Shown piece by piece: positions 1-8,887 of a DNA stretch of 64,000 nucleotides (the first letter of the stretch is position 1; each line of letters opens with the position of its first letter). The notes under the pieces are model-generated. The model was not told the origin of the DNA, did not search any database, and was given only the letters and a program-made list of their open reading frames with translations. The DNA is taken from contig JAUWGE010000004.1 of NCBI GenBank assembly GCA_030606565.1, positions 3,256 through 67,255 of the forward strand, written 5' to 3'. The translations under genes were made by a program, and so were the position numbers. Origin of the DNA: Candidatus Bipolaricaulota bacterium (lineage in GTDB: Bacteria; Bipolaricaulota; Bipolaricaulia; UBA7950; UBA9294).

Positions 1-274
1 CGAAGTGCATCTGAACGATTTGCTGAACCTGCTCTTGTAAGGGCAAGCCTCGCCCACGAAGCTCCTCCAGGAAACGCTGACGGCGGTTGAGCTCCTCTCG
101 GATAATCCTCTCTAGGATCGCCTCTTTGCTCTTAAAGTGGTGGTAGATGGCCCCGATGGAGACCTTGGCCGTCTGGGCGATCGCCCGCATGCCGGTGGCT
201 GCGAATCCGTCTCGGGCAAAGAGTCGCTCGGCGGCACCGGTAATCTTCTTCTCTAACCCTCTGTGACTTGTCAT
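1..274 (-). CDS. TetR/AcrR family transcriptional regulator, N-terminal part (3' end runs off the window)
   Basis: Reverse translation from the ATG at 274-272 reads MTSHRGLEKKITGAAERLFARDGFAATGMRAIAQTAKVSIGAIYHHFKSKE..., the TetR_N helix-turn-helix signature. It is missing from the ORF track because the window edge truncates it. Confidence 0.75.
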   Translation of the reverse strand, partial: MTSHRGLEKKITGAAERLFARDGFAATGMRAIAQTAKVSIGAIYHHFKSKEAILERIIREELNRRQRFLEELRGRGLPLQEQVQQIVQMHF

Positions 275-513
275 AATACCGAAGTATAACGAACGTTCGT
301 TTTCAGTTCAACTCGAGGGTTATTAGGGCCGACTGCATTAAGAGAGGATTTTCTGATCAGAACTTCGTTTGGTAAGAATTGACGCTGTATGAAACCCCTT
401 GCCCGGGCAAAAGAGCCCCACTGCCTCAAGCTTACGCTTGGGGTCAAGCGCGATCCCTGAGGTAACAAAGCGGCTTGCGGAAACAAGGCCGCAGGCCACG
501 CAACTCATCTTTC

Positions 514-1365
514 CTAATCGATCAGTCCGTATACAGTTGGGTCGAACGAGTCTAGGTTCTCCGCGTCGAAAGTGTCGTCTGAGATCTCCTCATCAGGGCG
601 TCTGCGTTCCCAGAAAGTAATCGTAGTCGAACTCCCCTCAAGGACGTCCTTAGCGATTATCTGATCGGCCGTGGCGTTTCCTTCAAACTCTCCCAGTTTG
701 AGAACCTCCATCGTTTTCTCCAGGTTTCCTGTCTCGTTGTAGTCTTCACTCTTGAGCATGAGCCAGGTATTTTCATCTACCCACATCTTTCCGCCAGGAT
801 AGTCAGCATCGGCATCAGGTTTGGCAGTCAGCGCAAGTACATATGCCGCATGCTCTTCTCCATCGACCGTCAGCGTCTCCTCACCAATCAGCTCCGCATC
901 GTACTTGTCCACCATCTCACGGCTGCCAACCTCCTGGTAGGAAAAGGTGCTTCCAGCAAAACTCTGTTCCTGCTCTTCAGCAACAAGTTCCTTGGACATA
1001 CCCAAAGCCGGCAGGTAGAGCCACAGGCGGGCATCCTCCCCTTCTGAAACCTTCACTGACAGGAAGAGCGTTCCTGAAACATCCTCTGGTTCCACAAAGT
1101 AGATAAGAGAGTATTCCGCCCCACCTTCTACCTGCTTGGAAAGGCCAGCGAAACGGTTCCCAGAAGTAGTCCCGTCGGCGTACTGGTTGTCGAACTGAAG
1201 AAAGACAATCATGCTCCCCTCGCTCAGAAACTGGGCCTGCTGATCCACGCGTGCGAGGATCTCATTTCCGCTCAAGTCTCCTGCCAGGGCCCCGACCGTC
1301 CCAATCAACAGTGCCCCCAGAAGGAGCACCAACCCAATAAATCTACTGGCCGTTCTTCGTTTCAT
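514..1365 (-). CDS. LolA-like outer-membrane lipoprotein-sorting family protein (secreted)
   Basis: 283-aa ORF with an N-terminal signal/TM segment. The block LWLYLPALGMSKEL...SFAGSTFSYQEVG is typical of LolA_like proteins encoded next to MMPL transporters. It overlaps the MMPL gene by 23 nt. Confidence 0.6.
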   Translation of the reverse strand: MKRRTASRFIGLVLLLGALLIGTVGALAGDLSGNEILARVDQQAQFLSEGSMIVFLQFDNQYADGTTSGNRFAGLSKQVEGGAEYSLIYFVEPEDVSGTLFLSVKVSEGEDARLWLYLPALGMSKELVAEEQEQSFAGSTFSYQEVGSREMVDKYDAELIGEETLTVDGEEHAAYVLALTAKPDADADYPGGKMWVDENTWLMLKSEDYNETGNLEKTMEVLKLGEFEGNATADQIIAKDVLEGSSTTITFWERRRPDEEISDDTFDAENLDSFDPTVYGLID

Positions 1366-3736
1366 TATCTGCCTCCTGTGAATCAGTATTTGAAATTGAA
1401 CTTTCTTGCGCTGTAAGGATTCTTGCCACCTTGCGCATTACCCCCCTCTTGCGCCATGCAGTCTTCGTCAAGAATTTAGGTTTGAACGTGACAAGTATCG
1501 CCGGAATGACGGTGAACGCGGAAAGGGCGCTGATTACCATGGTCATTGAGATCAACAGCCCGAAGTCCCTCATCCCTTTAAACGACGAGACAAGGAGGAT
1601 CGCGAACCCGAGCGCTAGGGCAAGCGCATTATAGGTGATCCCCCGCCCAGTGGTCTGAATCGTCGCCTGCAGTGCCTGATCCACGTCTTTGCCTCCACGC
1701 ACCTCTTGGCGGAAGCGGGAGATGAAGTGGATCGCGTAGTCGACCCCGATTCCTATCGCAATCGAGCTCACCATTAGGGTGGCGATATTGAGTGAAGTCC
1801 CGGAATAGGCCATCACTCCGAAGTTGATCACCACGGTGAGGGCAAGCGGGATGAGGCTGATCAGCCCGGCGACGATCGAGCCCATGAGCAAGGTAACGAT
1901 CAAGCCAACGGCGAGGATCGACGCCCCCAAGCTCGTGATCTGACTCTTGGCGATCCGCGCAAAGAGGCTCGAGTGGACCCGTGTCGGGCCGACCATCTCC
2001 GCTTTGACCGATCCGGTAAAGTGATCGTTTAGGTACTCTTGAACCTCCTGAACGAGCTTCACCTGCTCGGCTCCCCCGGCCCTTACGTACAGGCCCATCA
2101 CCTCTCCGGCGGAGAAATCCCCCAGGGTCATGTTTCCGAGGCTCCCTCCTTGAAAGGTAAACAGCAGCAAGAGCTGAGAGATGAGCTTACGATCCTGCGG
2201 GATCACGTAGTAGGCGGGATCATCGGCGTGGAACTTCTGGTTCAACTCACGCACTATGTCGGCGAGAGAGATCGTCTTCTTCACGCCTCTACTCTCCAGG
2301 AACTCCTGCAAAGCGACGACTTTGTTCAGCAGAGCAGGGTCCTTCAGACCGTCGCGCGTTCCCGTATCGATTTCGATCATCACCTGTTCGCTACCGGAGA
2401 AGTGACGGTCCATCACATCGACCGCCCGCACCACCGGGTTCTCCTCTCCGAGAAACACTAGCTGAGATGTCTCCACGCACAGGAGTGGAAACCCAGCGAG
2501 GAAGACGGCGAATAGGACCGGCGAGACGATGAGCACAATCCGGCGATGGCGGAGGATCACCCGTTCGAAGCCGGAGAGGGCGCGCGTCAGGATTCCTTCA
2601 TCTTTCCTATAGATCTTTTTCTTAGGGACTTTAAGGATCGACAAGAGGGCTGGGATAAGGACGAGCGAGAGAATCATTGCTACAAGGACCCCCGCTGCGG
2701 TGAAGAGGCCGAACTGCCGCTGTGGGATGAGGTACGAACTCAAAAGCGAGAGAAATCCCCCCATGGTGGTGAGCGAAGTCATGACGACTGCCCCGCGCAT
2801 CTCTTTCATGGTGTTCAGGATAGCCTCTCGCTTCAATAACCCTTTGGCCGTTTCCTCATGGTATCTGTTCAGAACGTGAATCCCGTCGGCAATGCCGATT
2901 GCCATCAAGATCACCGGGAGGATGAAGGAGATAAGCGTCATCGGAACGTTGAAGAGCGCCATCAAACCGAGCGTCCACACAACGGAGAGGATGACTACCA
3001 GAAGCGGTAGCACCACCCCACGTAGGCTCCTGAAACTAAAGTAGAGCACCAGCACGACCACCAAAATGACGAGTAGGAGGAGGATACGCAGGTCCTTCCC
3101 CATCGACTCGGCGAGGACAAGGTTCATGTAGGGAAGACCGGTGACATACATATGATCCGGCGAGGTGTCATACTCCTCGACGATCGCCGCGATCTGTTTG
3201 GCTACCTCGACCTCTTTAGCATCAGTCTTCAGCTTGATCGAGATTACGGCCGCCTTGCCGTCGGAAGCGACGATGTAGTTACGGACCGTGTTACTTGCCA
3301 TCACCCGCTCACGATAGGCGGCCATCGCCTCCGGGGTCTCGGGAGCCTCCTCTCCCGACGCCGCCGGGCCGACCTGCAGCGTCTTTTCCGTCCCTGTGAT
3401 CACCTGCGCGTCGAGCGGCCCAGTTACTTCATCTATCCCGAGGATCGCCTCAAACCGCTTCTGCATCCGCTCGATCTTCTCTAGGGTCGCCGTGTTGAAG
3501 ATTCCGTTTTCGTTCTCTACAGCGACCATGAGCAGCTCTTGCGCGCCATAGCGATCCTCAGCACGCTCCATCGCCATCACTGTCGGGTCGGTTTTATCGA
3601 TGTAGTTGGTGAAATCGGTATCCGTATGAAGCCGCGGGATGAAGGCGATGAATCCCAGGGTAATCAAGAGGATAACGCCGATCGTGATGTGGGGGTGATC
3701 GACGATCAGTTCGAAGAACTTCCTCATCCAAGCCAT
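1343..3736 (-). CDS. MMPL/RND-superfamily membrane transporter
   Basis: 797-aa ORF with two hydrophobic six-helix bundles, each preceded by a large soluble loop. This is the MMPL (HpnN-like) architecture. Confidence 0.85.
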   Translation of the reverse strand: MAWMRKFFELIVDHPHITIGVILLITLGFIAFIPRLHTDTDFTNYIDKTDPTVMAMERAEDRYGAQELLMVAVENENGIFNTATLEKIERMQKRFEAILGIDEVTGPLDAQVITGTEKTLQVGPAASGEEAPETPEAMAAYRERVMASNTVRNYIVASDGKAAVISIKLKTDAKEVEVAKQIAAIVEEYDTSPDHMYVTGLPYMNLVLAESMGKDLRILLLLVILVVVLVLYFSFRSLRGVVLPLLVVILSVVWTLGLMALFNVPMTLISFILPVILMAIGIADGIHVLNRYHEETAKGLLKREAILNTMKEMRGAVVMTSLTTMGGFLSLLSSYLIPQRQFGLFTAAGVLVAMILSLVLIPALLSILKVPKKKIYRKDEGILTRALSGFERVILRHRRIVLIVSPVLFAVFLAGFPLLCVETSQLVFLGEENPVVRAVDVMDRHFSGSEQVMIEIDTGTRDGLKDPALLNKVVALQEFLESRGVKKTISLADIVRELNQKFHADDPAYYVIPQDRKLISQLLLLFTFQGGSLGNMTLGDFSAGEVMGLYVRAGGAEQVKLVQEVQEYLNDHFTGSVKAEMVGPTRVHSSLFARIAKSQITSLGASILAVGLIVTLLMGSIVAGLISLIPLALTVVINFGVMAYSGTSLNIATLMVSSIAIGIGVDYAIHFISRFRQEVRGGKDVDQALQATIQTTGRGITYNALALALGFAILLVSSFKGMRDFGLLISMTMVISALSAFTVIPAILVTFKPKFLTKTAWRKRGVMRKVARILTAQESSISNTDSQEADNETKNGQ

Positions 3737-4236
3737 CCTTGCTTAAGGTAGAGCGCGGCGAAGAATCCCGGAAACAGATCCTCGGTCACGTCGGTCGCGG
3801 TCCCGAGATCCTGAAAGACCTGATCGATGACCGCGGAGAGCGCTGTGAGGGCGACGTATTCCGGTGACGCTTCTTCAAAGAAGCGGGTCACAAGCCAGAT
3901 CTGCTTAACCGAGCCATCATCGATCCCCCTGGGGATGATCAGGATGATGTCGTATGGTTCCTCCGTGAACGCGGTGCCACTTAAGGGATCCTCGTAGCTT
4001 GATTCGACCTCGACAAGCTTGACTGAGACGTCAACCATCCCACTTTTGCGAAGGATCCCGGCCAATGCTCCCACCCGCATGGTGGAAGAGAAGGTTTTGG
4101 TCTCATCTACGAGGAGCAAGCGCGCTCCTCCTCGTGCTCCTTGGTCGCTCTCCGCCTGCCCGTACCCCGCCAAGGCAACCGCAACCAGCAAAGTGAGAAC
4201 CCACAACAGTGAAGCAGCTTTAATCCCTTGTTTCAT
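3724..4236 (-). CDS. hypothetical secreted protein (operon partner of the MMPL transporter)
   Basis: 170-aa ORF with a signal peptide (AASLLWVLTLLVAVALAGYG). It overlaps its neighbours by 13 nt and 4 nt. No domain recognised. Confidence 0.5.
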   Translation of the reverse strand: MKQGIKAASLLWVLTLLVAVALAGYGQAESDQGARGGARLLLVDETKTFSSTMRVGALAGILRKSGMVDVSVKLVEVESSYEDPLSGTAFTEEPYDIILIIPRGIDDGSVKQIWLVTRFFEEASPEYVALTALSAVIDQVFQDLGTATDVTEDLFPGFFAALYLKQGWLG

Positions 4237-4859
4237 CGGCTATCTCCTTTCTTCAATCCGTTCCAGATAAAATCGGCAAGCTCGGCAGGAGCAGAATGGA
4301 AGAGCTCTCGCACTACCTCCTGCGGATGGATCATCTCCCATGAAGCAATCGATTGCACAACGGCGAACAGCGCAGGAGCGATGATGCGAGGATTGCACGG
4401 TCTGACCCAGCCTTGATCCATTCCTTCCTGGATTAGGGCTTCAATCCGTTCCACTACCTTCCGATGAAAATCGACCAGTTTGTCCTTGAACCCTTTCCCG
4501 GGGTTGAACTGCTCCTGCAGAAGGACCTGGGCGAGCTCCGTATTTTCCTGGAGAAGGGAGAAATGATCTGCAAGAATCTGCGCGATCTGCTCGGGAACCG
4601 GCAGGCCGCTTCCTCGAAGCTCCTCAAAGAAGGAGGTACGGGCCTCGAGCTCCGCTTTGAAGATGGAGAGGAGGATATCCTCTTTGCTGTCAAAGTAGTT
4701 GTAGATTGTTCCCACCGCAACACCAGCCTCATGTGCGATCTCCTCTGCCCGCGTTTTGTAAAACCCTTTGCGCGAGAAGACGCGGATCGCGGCCTGTCTG
4801 ATCAGTCCTTTCTTATCACCTTGAGACACCTTCCCCTCCTTTTCTGAATGAATGTTCAT
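4233..4859 (-). CDS. TetR/AcrR family transcriptional regulator
   Basis: 208-aa ORF. N-terminal IRQAAIRVFSRKGFYKTRAEEIAHEAGVAVGTIYNYFDSKEDIL matches the TetR_N HTH. Confidence 0.85.
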   Translation of the reverse strand: MNIHSEKEGKVSQGDKKGLIRQAAIRVFSRKGFYKTRAEEIAHEAGVAVGTIYNYFDSKEDILLSIFKAELEARTSFFEELRGSGLPVPEQIAQILADHFSLLQENTELAQVLLQEQFNPGKGFKDKLVDFHRKVVERIEALIQEGMDQGWVRPCNPRIIAPALFAVVQSIASWEMIHPQEVVRELFHSAPAELADFIWNGLKKGDSR

Positions 4860-4943
4860 TCATATTGTGCCTCAGTCAGGCTCCTCTGTCAAGGTGAGAA
4901 AACCGAAACGCGGATAAACAAGATGAGAAAAGGTAATTCCGAC

Positions 4944-5020
4944 TGGTGGAGGTGAGCGGATTCGAACCGCCATCCTCCTGCGTGCAAAGCAGGCGCTCTC
5001 CCAGTTAGAGCTACACCCCC
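4944..5020 (-). tRNA. tRNA-Ala (anticodon TGC), CCA encoded
   Basis: The reverse complement GGGGGTGTAGCTCTAACTGGGAGAGCGCCTGCTTTGCACGCAGGAGGATGGCGGTTCGAATCCGCTCACCTCCACCA folds as a cloverleaf. The anticodon loop is TTTGCAC and the G3:U70 alanine identity pair is present. Confidence 0.95.
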
Positions 5021-5128
5021 ATTAGCAAACAAGATTATAACGGCGCTCTTTAGCTGATCAACCATTTGACACCACAAGAATCGAGACGGTAAAGTGATGC
5101 CTACACAAAGCGCACAAAGGAGGAAATC

Positions 5129-5671
5129 GTGATCAAGAGATCTTTTCTGCTAACATTCGGGCTCGTTTCATTGTTCGCTCTGATCGGTCAAGCGGGCCTC
5201 CCTGAGAAGGGATGGGGAATCGGAATCCAGATCAACTATCCGTTCACCGGATTCAGCGTCCGCTTCTTCAACGCCGACGGGATCGGCTTCGAACTTAACA
5301 TCTTCCCCAACCCGACGTCCCGCTATGTGGAGGGCGATTACGAAGTGCGGCGGCTCGAACTGACGCTCTCTGGAAAGCTCCTCTATCCGGTCCGGCAGGA
5401 TGAGAACGTCAACTACTACTTCTCCGGTGGCGCCGCGATCACCTTCGCCTTCGAAGAGGAAGAAACGGCCCTCACGGAGGGTATGGAACAGCCGGCGATC
5501 CTCTCCGGGATAGACGGGGCGATCCTCTCCGGAATGGGCGTGGTCGAGGTGGAAGGGATCTGGCTCGATCGGCTGGTGGGCACGTTTGAGTACGGCCTCA
5601 CCTGGGACCTGTTCGACCCGCTTAACTTTTCGTTCCTCTCCGGCGGGATCGGGGCGCATTACTACATCTAG
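5129..5671 (+). CDS. hypothetical secreted protein, possible small beta-barrel
   Basis: GTG start 5 nt after AAGGAGG (5117-5123). Signal peptide MIKRSFLLTFGLVSLFALIGQAG, alternating hydrophobic pattern, aromatic C-terminus (GAHYYI). Preferred over the antisense ORF 5168-5701. Confidence 0.45.
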   Translation: MIKRSFLLTFGLVSLFALIGQAGLPEKGWGIGIQINYPFTGFSVRFFNADGIGFELNIFPNPTSRYVEGDYEVRRLELTLSGKLLYPVRQDENVNYYFSGGAAITFAFEEEETALTEGMEQPAILSGIDGAILSGMGVVEVEGIWLDRLVGTFEYGLTWDLFDPLNFSFLSGGIGAHYYI

Positions 5672-5713
5672 GGATTGGAAAGGAATACAGGGCTTCATCA
5701 CTGCAAGAGGGTA

Positions 5714-6046
5714 CTAAAGATAGACGAAGTGACAGACGTGCCAGGCAGTGTTGAAGGACCAGGTTGCGACAAGGGAGAGATTGAGCACCGCCGCGATCTT
5801 CTTTCCCTTAAGCAGGATGTAGAACGGTCCAACAAGTCCGACGAACCTGAGAGAGACGAGGAGGCCGAGGTCAACGCTCTTCCCTTTAAACCAGGGAAGG
5901 AAGTAGAGCCCCTGAATCAGGTACCCCAACAAAGAGAGAAAGAGGAAGACCCGCAGATCCAAACCGTGAGCATTGGCAAGGTGCTTGGCACGGTGTACCC
6001 AGAATAACAAGTATTTTACAAAAAAATTTCGCACTGTGGAAATCAC
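5714..6046 (-). CDS. hypothetical small membrane protein
   Basis: 110-aa ORF with 3-4 hydrophobic helices. No recognisable family. Confidence 0.4.
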   Translation of the reverse strand: MISTVRNFFVKYLLFWVHRAKHLANAHGLDLRVFLFLSLLGYLIQGLYFLPWFKGKSVDLGLLVSLRFVGLVGPFYILLKGKKIAAVLNLSLVATWSFNTAWHVCHFVYL

Positions 6047-6252
6047 TAACCTTCGAGTCTCTGGTGTGTGATGATACCCGAGGCTCTCCCCGCAAGCAAG
6101 ATCAAGGAAGAAGAGGCCCCTTTTCGGGGCCCCTTCCGGCTTCTTGTCTCGGATCTTCCTGGTAAGGAGGTACTTTTTTGCTCTATCACAAGTCTACGCC
6201 CTGTGTGTGGAGCTTGCGTGGAGGACATATGGACGTTTTGTGAACTCCACGC

Positions 6253-7248
6253 GTGAAAAAAAAGAAACAACAGCGCCCTTTCGGATATCATCGTCTTCCC
6301 ATGAGGAAACACACTGAAGAGCTTGCTCCGTCTCATCCGGGTCACCTGCTTGCAGTTGGAGAGGCGCTCCTCACGGCCCTCATTTGGTCCTCCTCGTTTG
6401 TTGGGGTGAAGGTGGCGCTCACCTACACCGGCCCGTTCACCGTGGCTGGTTTGCGCTACTTCCTTGCTTTCCTGTTCCTCCTCCCGTGGCTCTTGAAGCA
6501 ACAGGGAAGATCACCCTCTCTCACCAAAGCGCAGTGGTCGCGGTTTACCCTCATGGGTTTTGCCCAGTACACGATCGGAAACGGTGCCCTATTTCTTGCC
6601 CTTAAAACGCTCTCAGCCACTACAGGCTCGCTCGCCCTGTGCTTGGCCCCAATCCCGGTTCTGCTGCTCGGGATAGTGCGGCTCAAGGAACAGCCGCGTC
6701 CCGTTCAACTGCTGGGGCTCGCGATCACGATCGGTGGGAGTGTCCTCTTCTTCTCCCCTGGGTTAGAGTTGAGAGACCCGCTTCCACTTGGTCTCCTCGC
6801 CATTGCCATCCTTAGTTTTTCCGCGTTTCCAGTGCTGGCACGTGAGGTGGCCCGTGATCGCCAGGTGGAGAATGTGACCCTGACGGCACTCCCACTGGGG
6901 ATCGGCGGCGGCATACTCCTCCTTCTTGCCGGATGGCTCGAGGGAATCCCTCACATGCCCCTCTTCGCGTGGGGAGTGATCCTGGGGCTCGCAATGGTGA
7001 ACACCCTGATCGCCTACCTCTTGTTTAACCACTCGTTACAGCATCTTACAGCCATTGAGGCGAACGTGATGTTAAACCTCGCTCCGCTGGGTACGGCACT
7101 GATCGCCTGGGGAGCCTTGGATGAGCGGCTCGTTCCGGTTCAGATCGCTGCCATGCTCCTGGTTGTGGGAGGCGCCAGCCTGGCACAGTGGCGAAAACGA
7201 ACTAAAGCGTCCCCGAGGCTCAGTTGCACCCCGCTGGAAGGCCTTTGA
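6253..7248 (+). CDS. EamA/DMT-family transporter
   Basis: 331-aa ORF with about 10 hydrophobic helices in two EamA-like repeats. The start is uncertain (GTG at 6253 or ATG at 6301). Confidence 0.8.
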   Translation: MKKKKQQRPFGYHRLPMRKHTEELAPSHPGHLLAVGEALLTALIWSSSFVGVKVALTYTGPFTVAGLRYFLAFLFLLPWLLKQQGRSPSLTKAQWSRFTLMGFAQYTIGNGALFLALKTLSATTGSLALCLAPIPVLLLGIVRLKEQPRPVQLLGLAITIGGSVLFFSPGLELRDPLPLGLLAIAILSFSAFPVLAREVARDRQVENVTLTALPLGIGGGILLLLAGWLEGIPHMPLFAWGVILGLAMVNTLIAYLLFNHSLQHLTAIEANVMLNLAPLGTALIAWGALDERLVPVQIAAMLLVVGGASLAQWRKRTKASPRLSCTPLEGL

Positions 7249-7301
7249 AATTCCCTAGCCCAGGGTCTATGATGACCGCAGGACCTGGCAAGGCGAACAG
7301 G

Positions 7302-7844
7302 ATGAGTGATCATTGCGCACTGGTTGTGATCGACATGCAGCGCGGCTTCCTCGAGGAGGGATATCCCCTGTTCTGCGGAGAGGAGGCACGGTGCATAATC
7401 CCTCCAGTCCTCAGGCTGATCGAGCAGGAGCTACTCAAGGGAACGCCGCTTTTCTTCACAGCGGATACGCACGATCCAGACGATAAGGAATTCGAGATCT
7501 ATCCTCCCCACTGTGTGCGGGGAAGCATAGAGGCCCAGGTGATCCCCGAACTGACCCCCTACCTGGACCGTGCGACCCTGATCGAGACAACTCGCTTCAG
7601 CGCCTTCTTTGACACTGACCTCCACCATAGACTGCAACGGAACAATGTGGAGAAATTGATCGTCTGCGGAGTATGTACCGATATCTGTGTTCTACACACG
7701 GTCGCTGATGCCTGCTACCGCGACTACAAGGTCGAGGTTCGCGAGGACTGTGTCTCCGCATTTGACGCGGAGGCGCACGCGTTTGGACTTCGCCATATGG
7801 AAAAGGTCCTTGGGGTGCGGATCACGCAGGAGAAGATTAAGTGA
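7302..7844 (+). CDS. pncA: isochorismatase-family cysteine hydrolase, probable nicotinamidase
   Basis: The start is set at MSDHCALVVIDMQRGF. The catalytic Cys context LIVCGVCTDICVLHT is present. The next gene is a nicotinate phosphoribosyltransferase, with overlapping stop/start. Confidence 0.75.
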   Translation: MSDHCALVVIDMQRGFLEEGYPLFCGEEARCIIPPVLRLIEQELLKGTPLFFTADTHDPDDKEFEIYPPHCVRGSIEAQVIPELTPYLDRATLIETTRFSAFFDTDLHHRLQRNNVEKLIVCGVCTDICVLHTVADACYRDYKVEVREDCVSAFDAEAHAFGLRHMEKVLGVRITQEKIK

Positions 7845-8839
7845 GCGGGAAACGACGGTTCTCACCATCAAAAGAGGTCCTCTCCGGAGAGACGGCCGAT
7901 GTCTACTTCCTTCACGCCCGTCGCATCCTCGAAGCGGAGGGGAGCGACGCGGACGTCACGATGGAAGTCTTCCCCTCCCGCGACGGGATCCTGTGCGGGA
8001 TCAAGGAGGTGAAGAAACTTCTCGCGGAGGTCCTCCCTCCGGAGAGCGAAGCGTGGGCCATCCCTGAGGGGGAGACGATCGAGGAACGGGAGGTGATGCT
8101 CCGCATCAGCGGTTCCTATCGGGCGTTTGGGATCTACGAGACGGCGATCCTCGGAATCCTCGCCCAGGAGAGCGGCTGGGCGAGCGCAGCGCGCGCCTGC
8201 GTGGAAGCCGCAGGCGGGACCCCGGTGATCCACTTCGGGGCACGGCATGTCCACCCTGATATCGCAGCACGCCTTGAGTACGCCGCGGTCGTTGGCGGGT
8301 GCAGTGGGTGCGCTACTCCGGCAGGAGCGGCCCTTGCTGGAATCGACCCCTCAGGAACGATCCCCCATGCTCTCATCCTTTGCTTTGGGGACACGGTAGC
8401 GGCCATCCAGGCCTTCGATCGGCACATCGACCCCAAGGTCAAGCGGATCGCCCTTGTCGACACGTTCAAGGACGAGGCCGAGGAGAGCCTGCGCGTCGCC
8501 CGCGCCCTGGGGAAGCGCCTGTGGGGGGTGCGGTTGGATACCCCAGCCGAGCGAGGACGGGTCACCCCGGAGCTTGTAAAAGAGGTTCGTGCCAGGCTCG
8601 ATCAAGCCGGCTTCAAGCATGTACGGATCGTAGTCAGCGGCGGGATTGACCCAGCCCGCATCTACCTGTTTCAGAAACAAAGAGCACCGGTCGACGCCTT
8701 CGGGGTCGGAAGCGCCATCTCCAGCGCCGCCCCGATCGACTTCACCGCTGACATCAAACAGATCGAGGGCCGCCCGGTCGCCAAACGAGGGAGAATTCCC
8801 GGCGTTACCTCCAACCCACGTCTGGAACGGATTATCTAG
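7841..8839 (+). CDS. pncB: nicotinate phosphoribosyltransferase (short type)
   Basis: 332-aa ORF whose GTG start overlaps the pncA stop (GTGA). The type II PRTase-like barrel sequence (…HFGARHVHP…VSGGI…) and the pncA adjacency support NAD salvage. Confidence 0.7.
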   Translation: MSGKRRFSPSKEVLSGETADVYFLHARRILEAEGSDADVTMEVFPSRDGILCGIKEVKKLLAEVLPPESEAWAIPEGETIEEREVMLRISGSYRAFGIYETAILGILAQESGWASAARACVEAAGGTPVIHFGARHVHPDIAARLEYAAVVGGCSGCATPAGAALAGIDPSGTIPHALILCFGDTVAAIQAFDRHIDPKVKRIALVDTFKDEAEESLRVARALGKRLWGVRLDTPAERGRVTPELVKEVRARLDQAGFKHVRIVVSGGIDPARIYLFQKQRAPVDAFGVGSAISSAAPIDFTADIKQIEGRPVAKRGRIPGVTSNPRLERII

Positions 8840-8887
8840 CACGGTTTGAGTCCCTTCTTCCTCTTGACTAACATGCAAAAAGGAAAC

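Noticed and set aside
6046-6501. 151-aa minus-strand ORF between the small membrane protein gene and the EamA gene.
   Set aside because: It overlaps the EamA 5' region, has low-complexity Arg/Glu-rich content, and has no SD or family resemblance.
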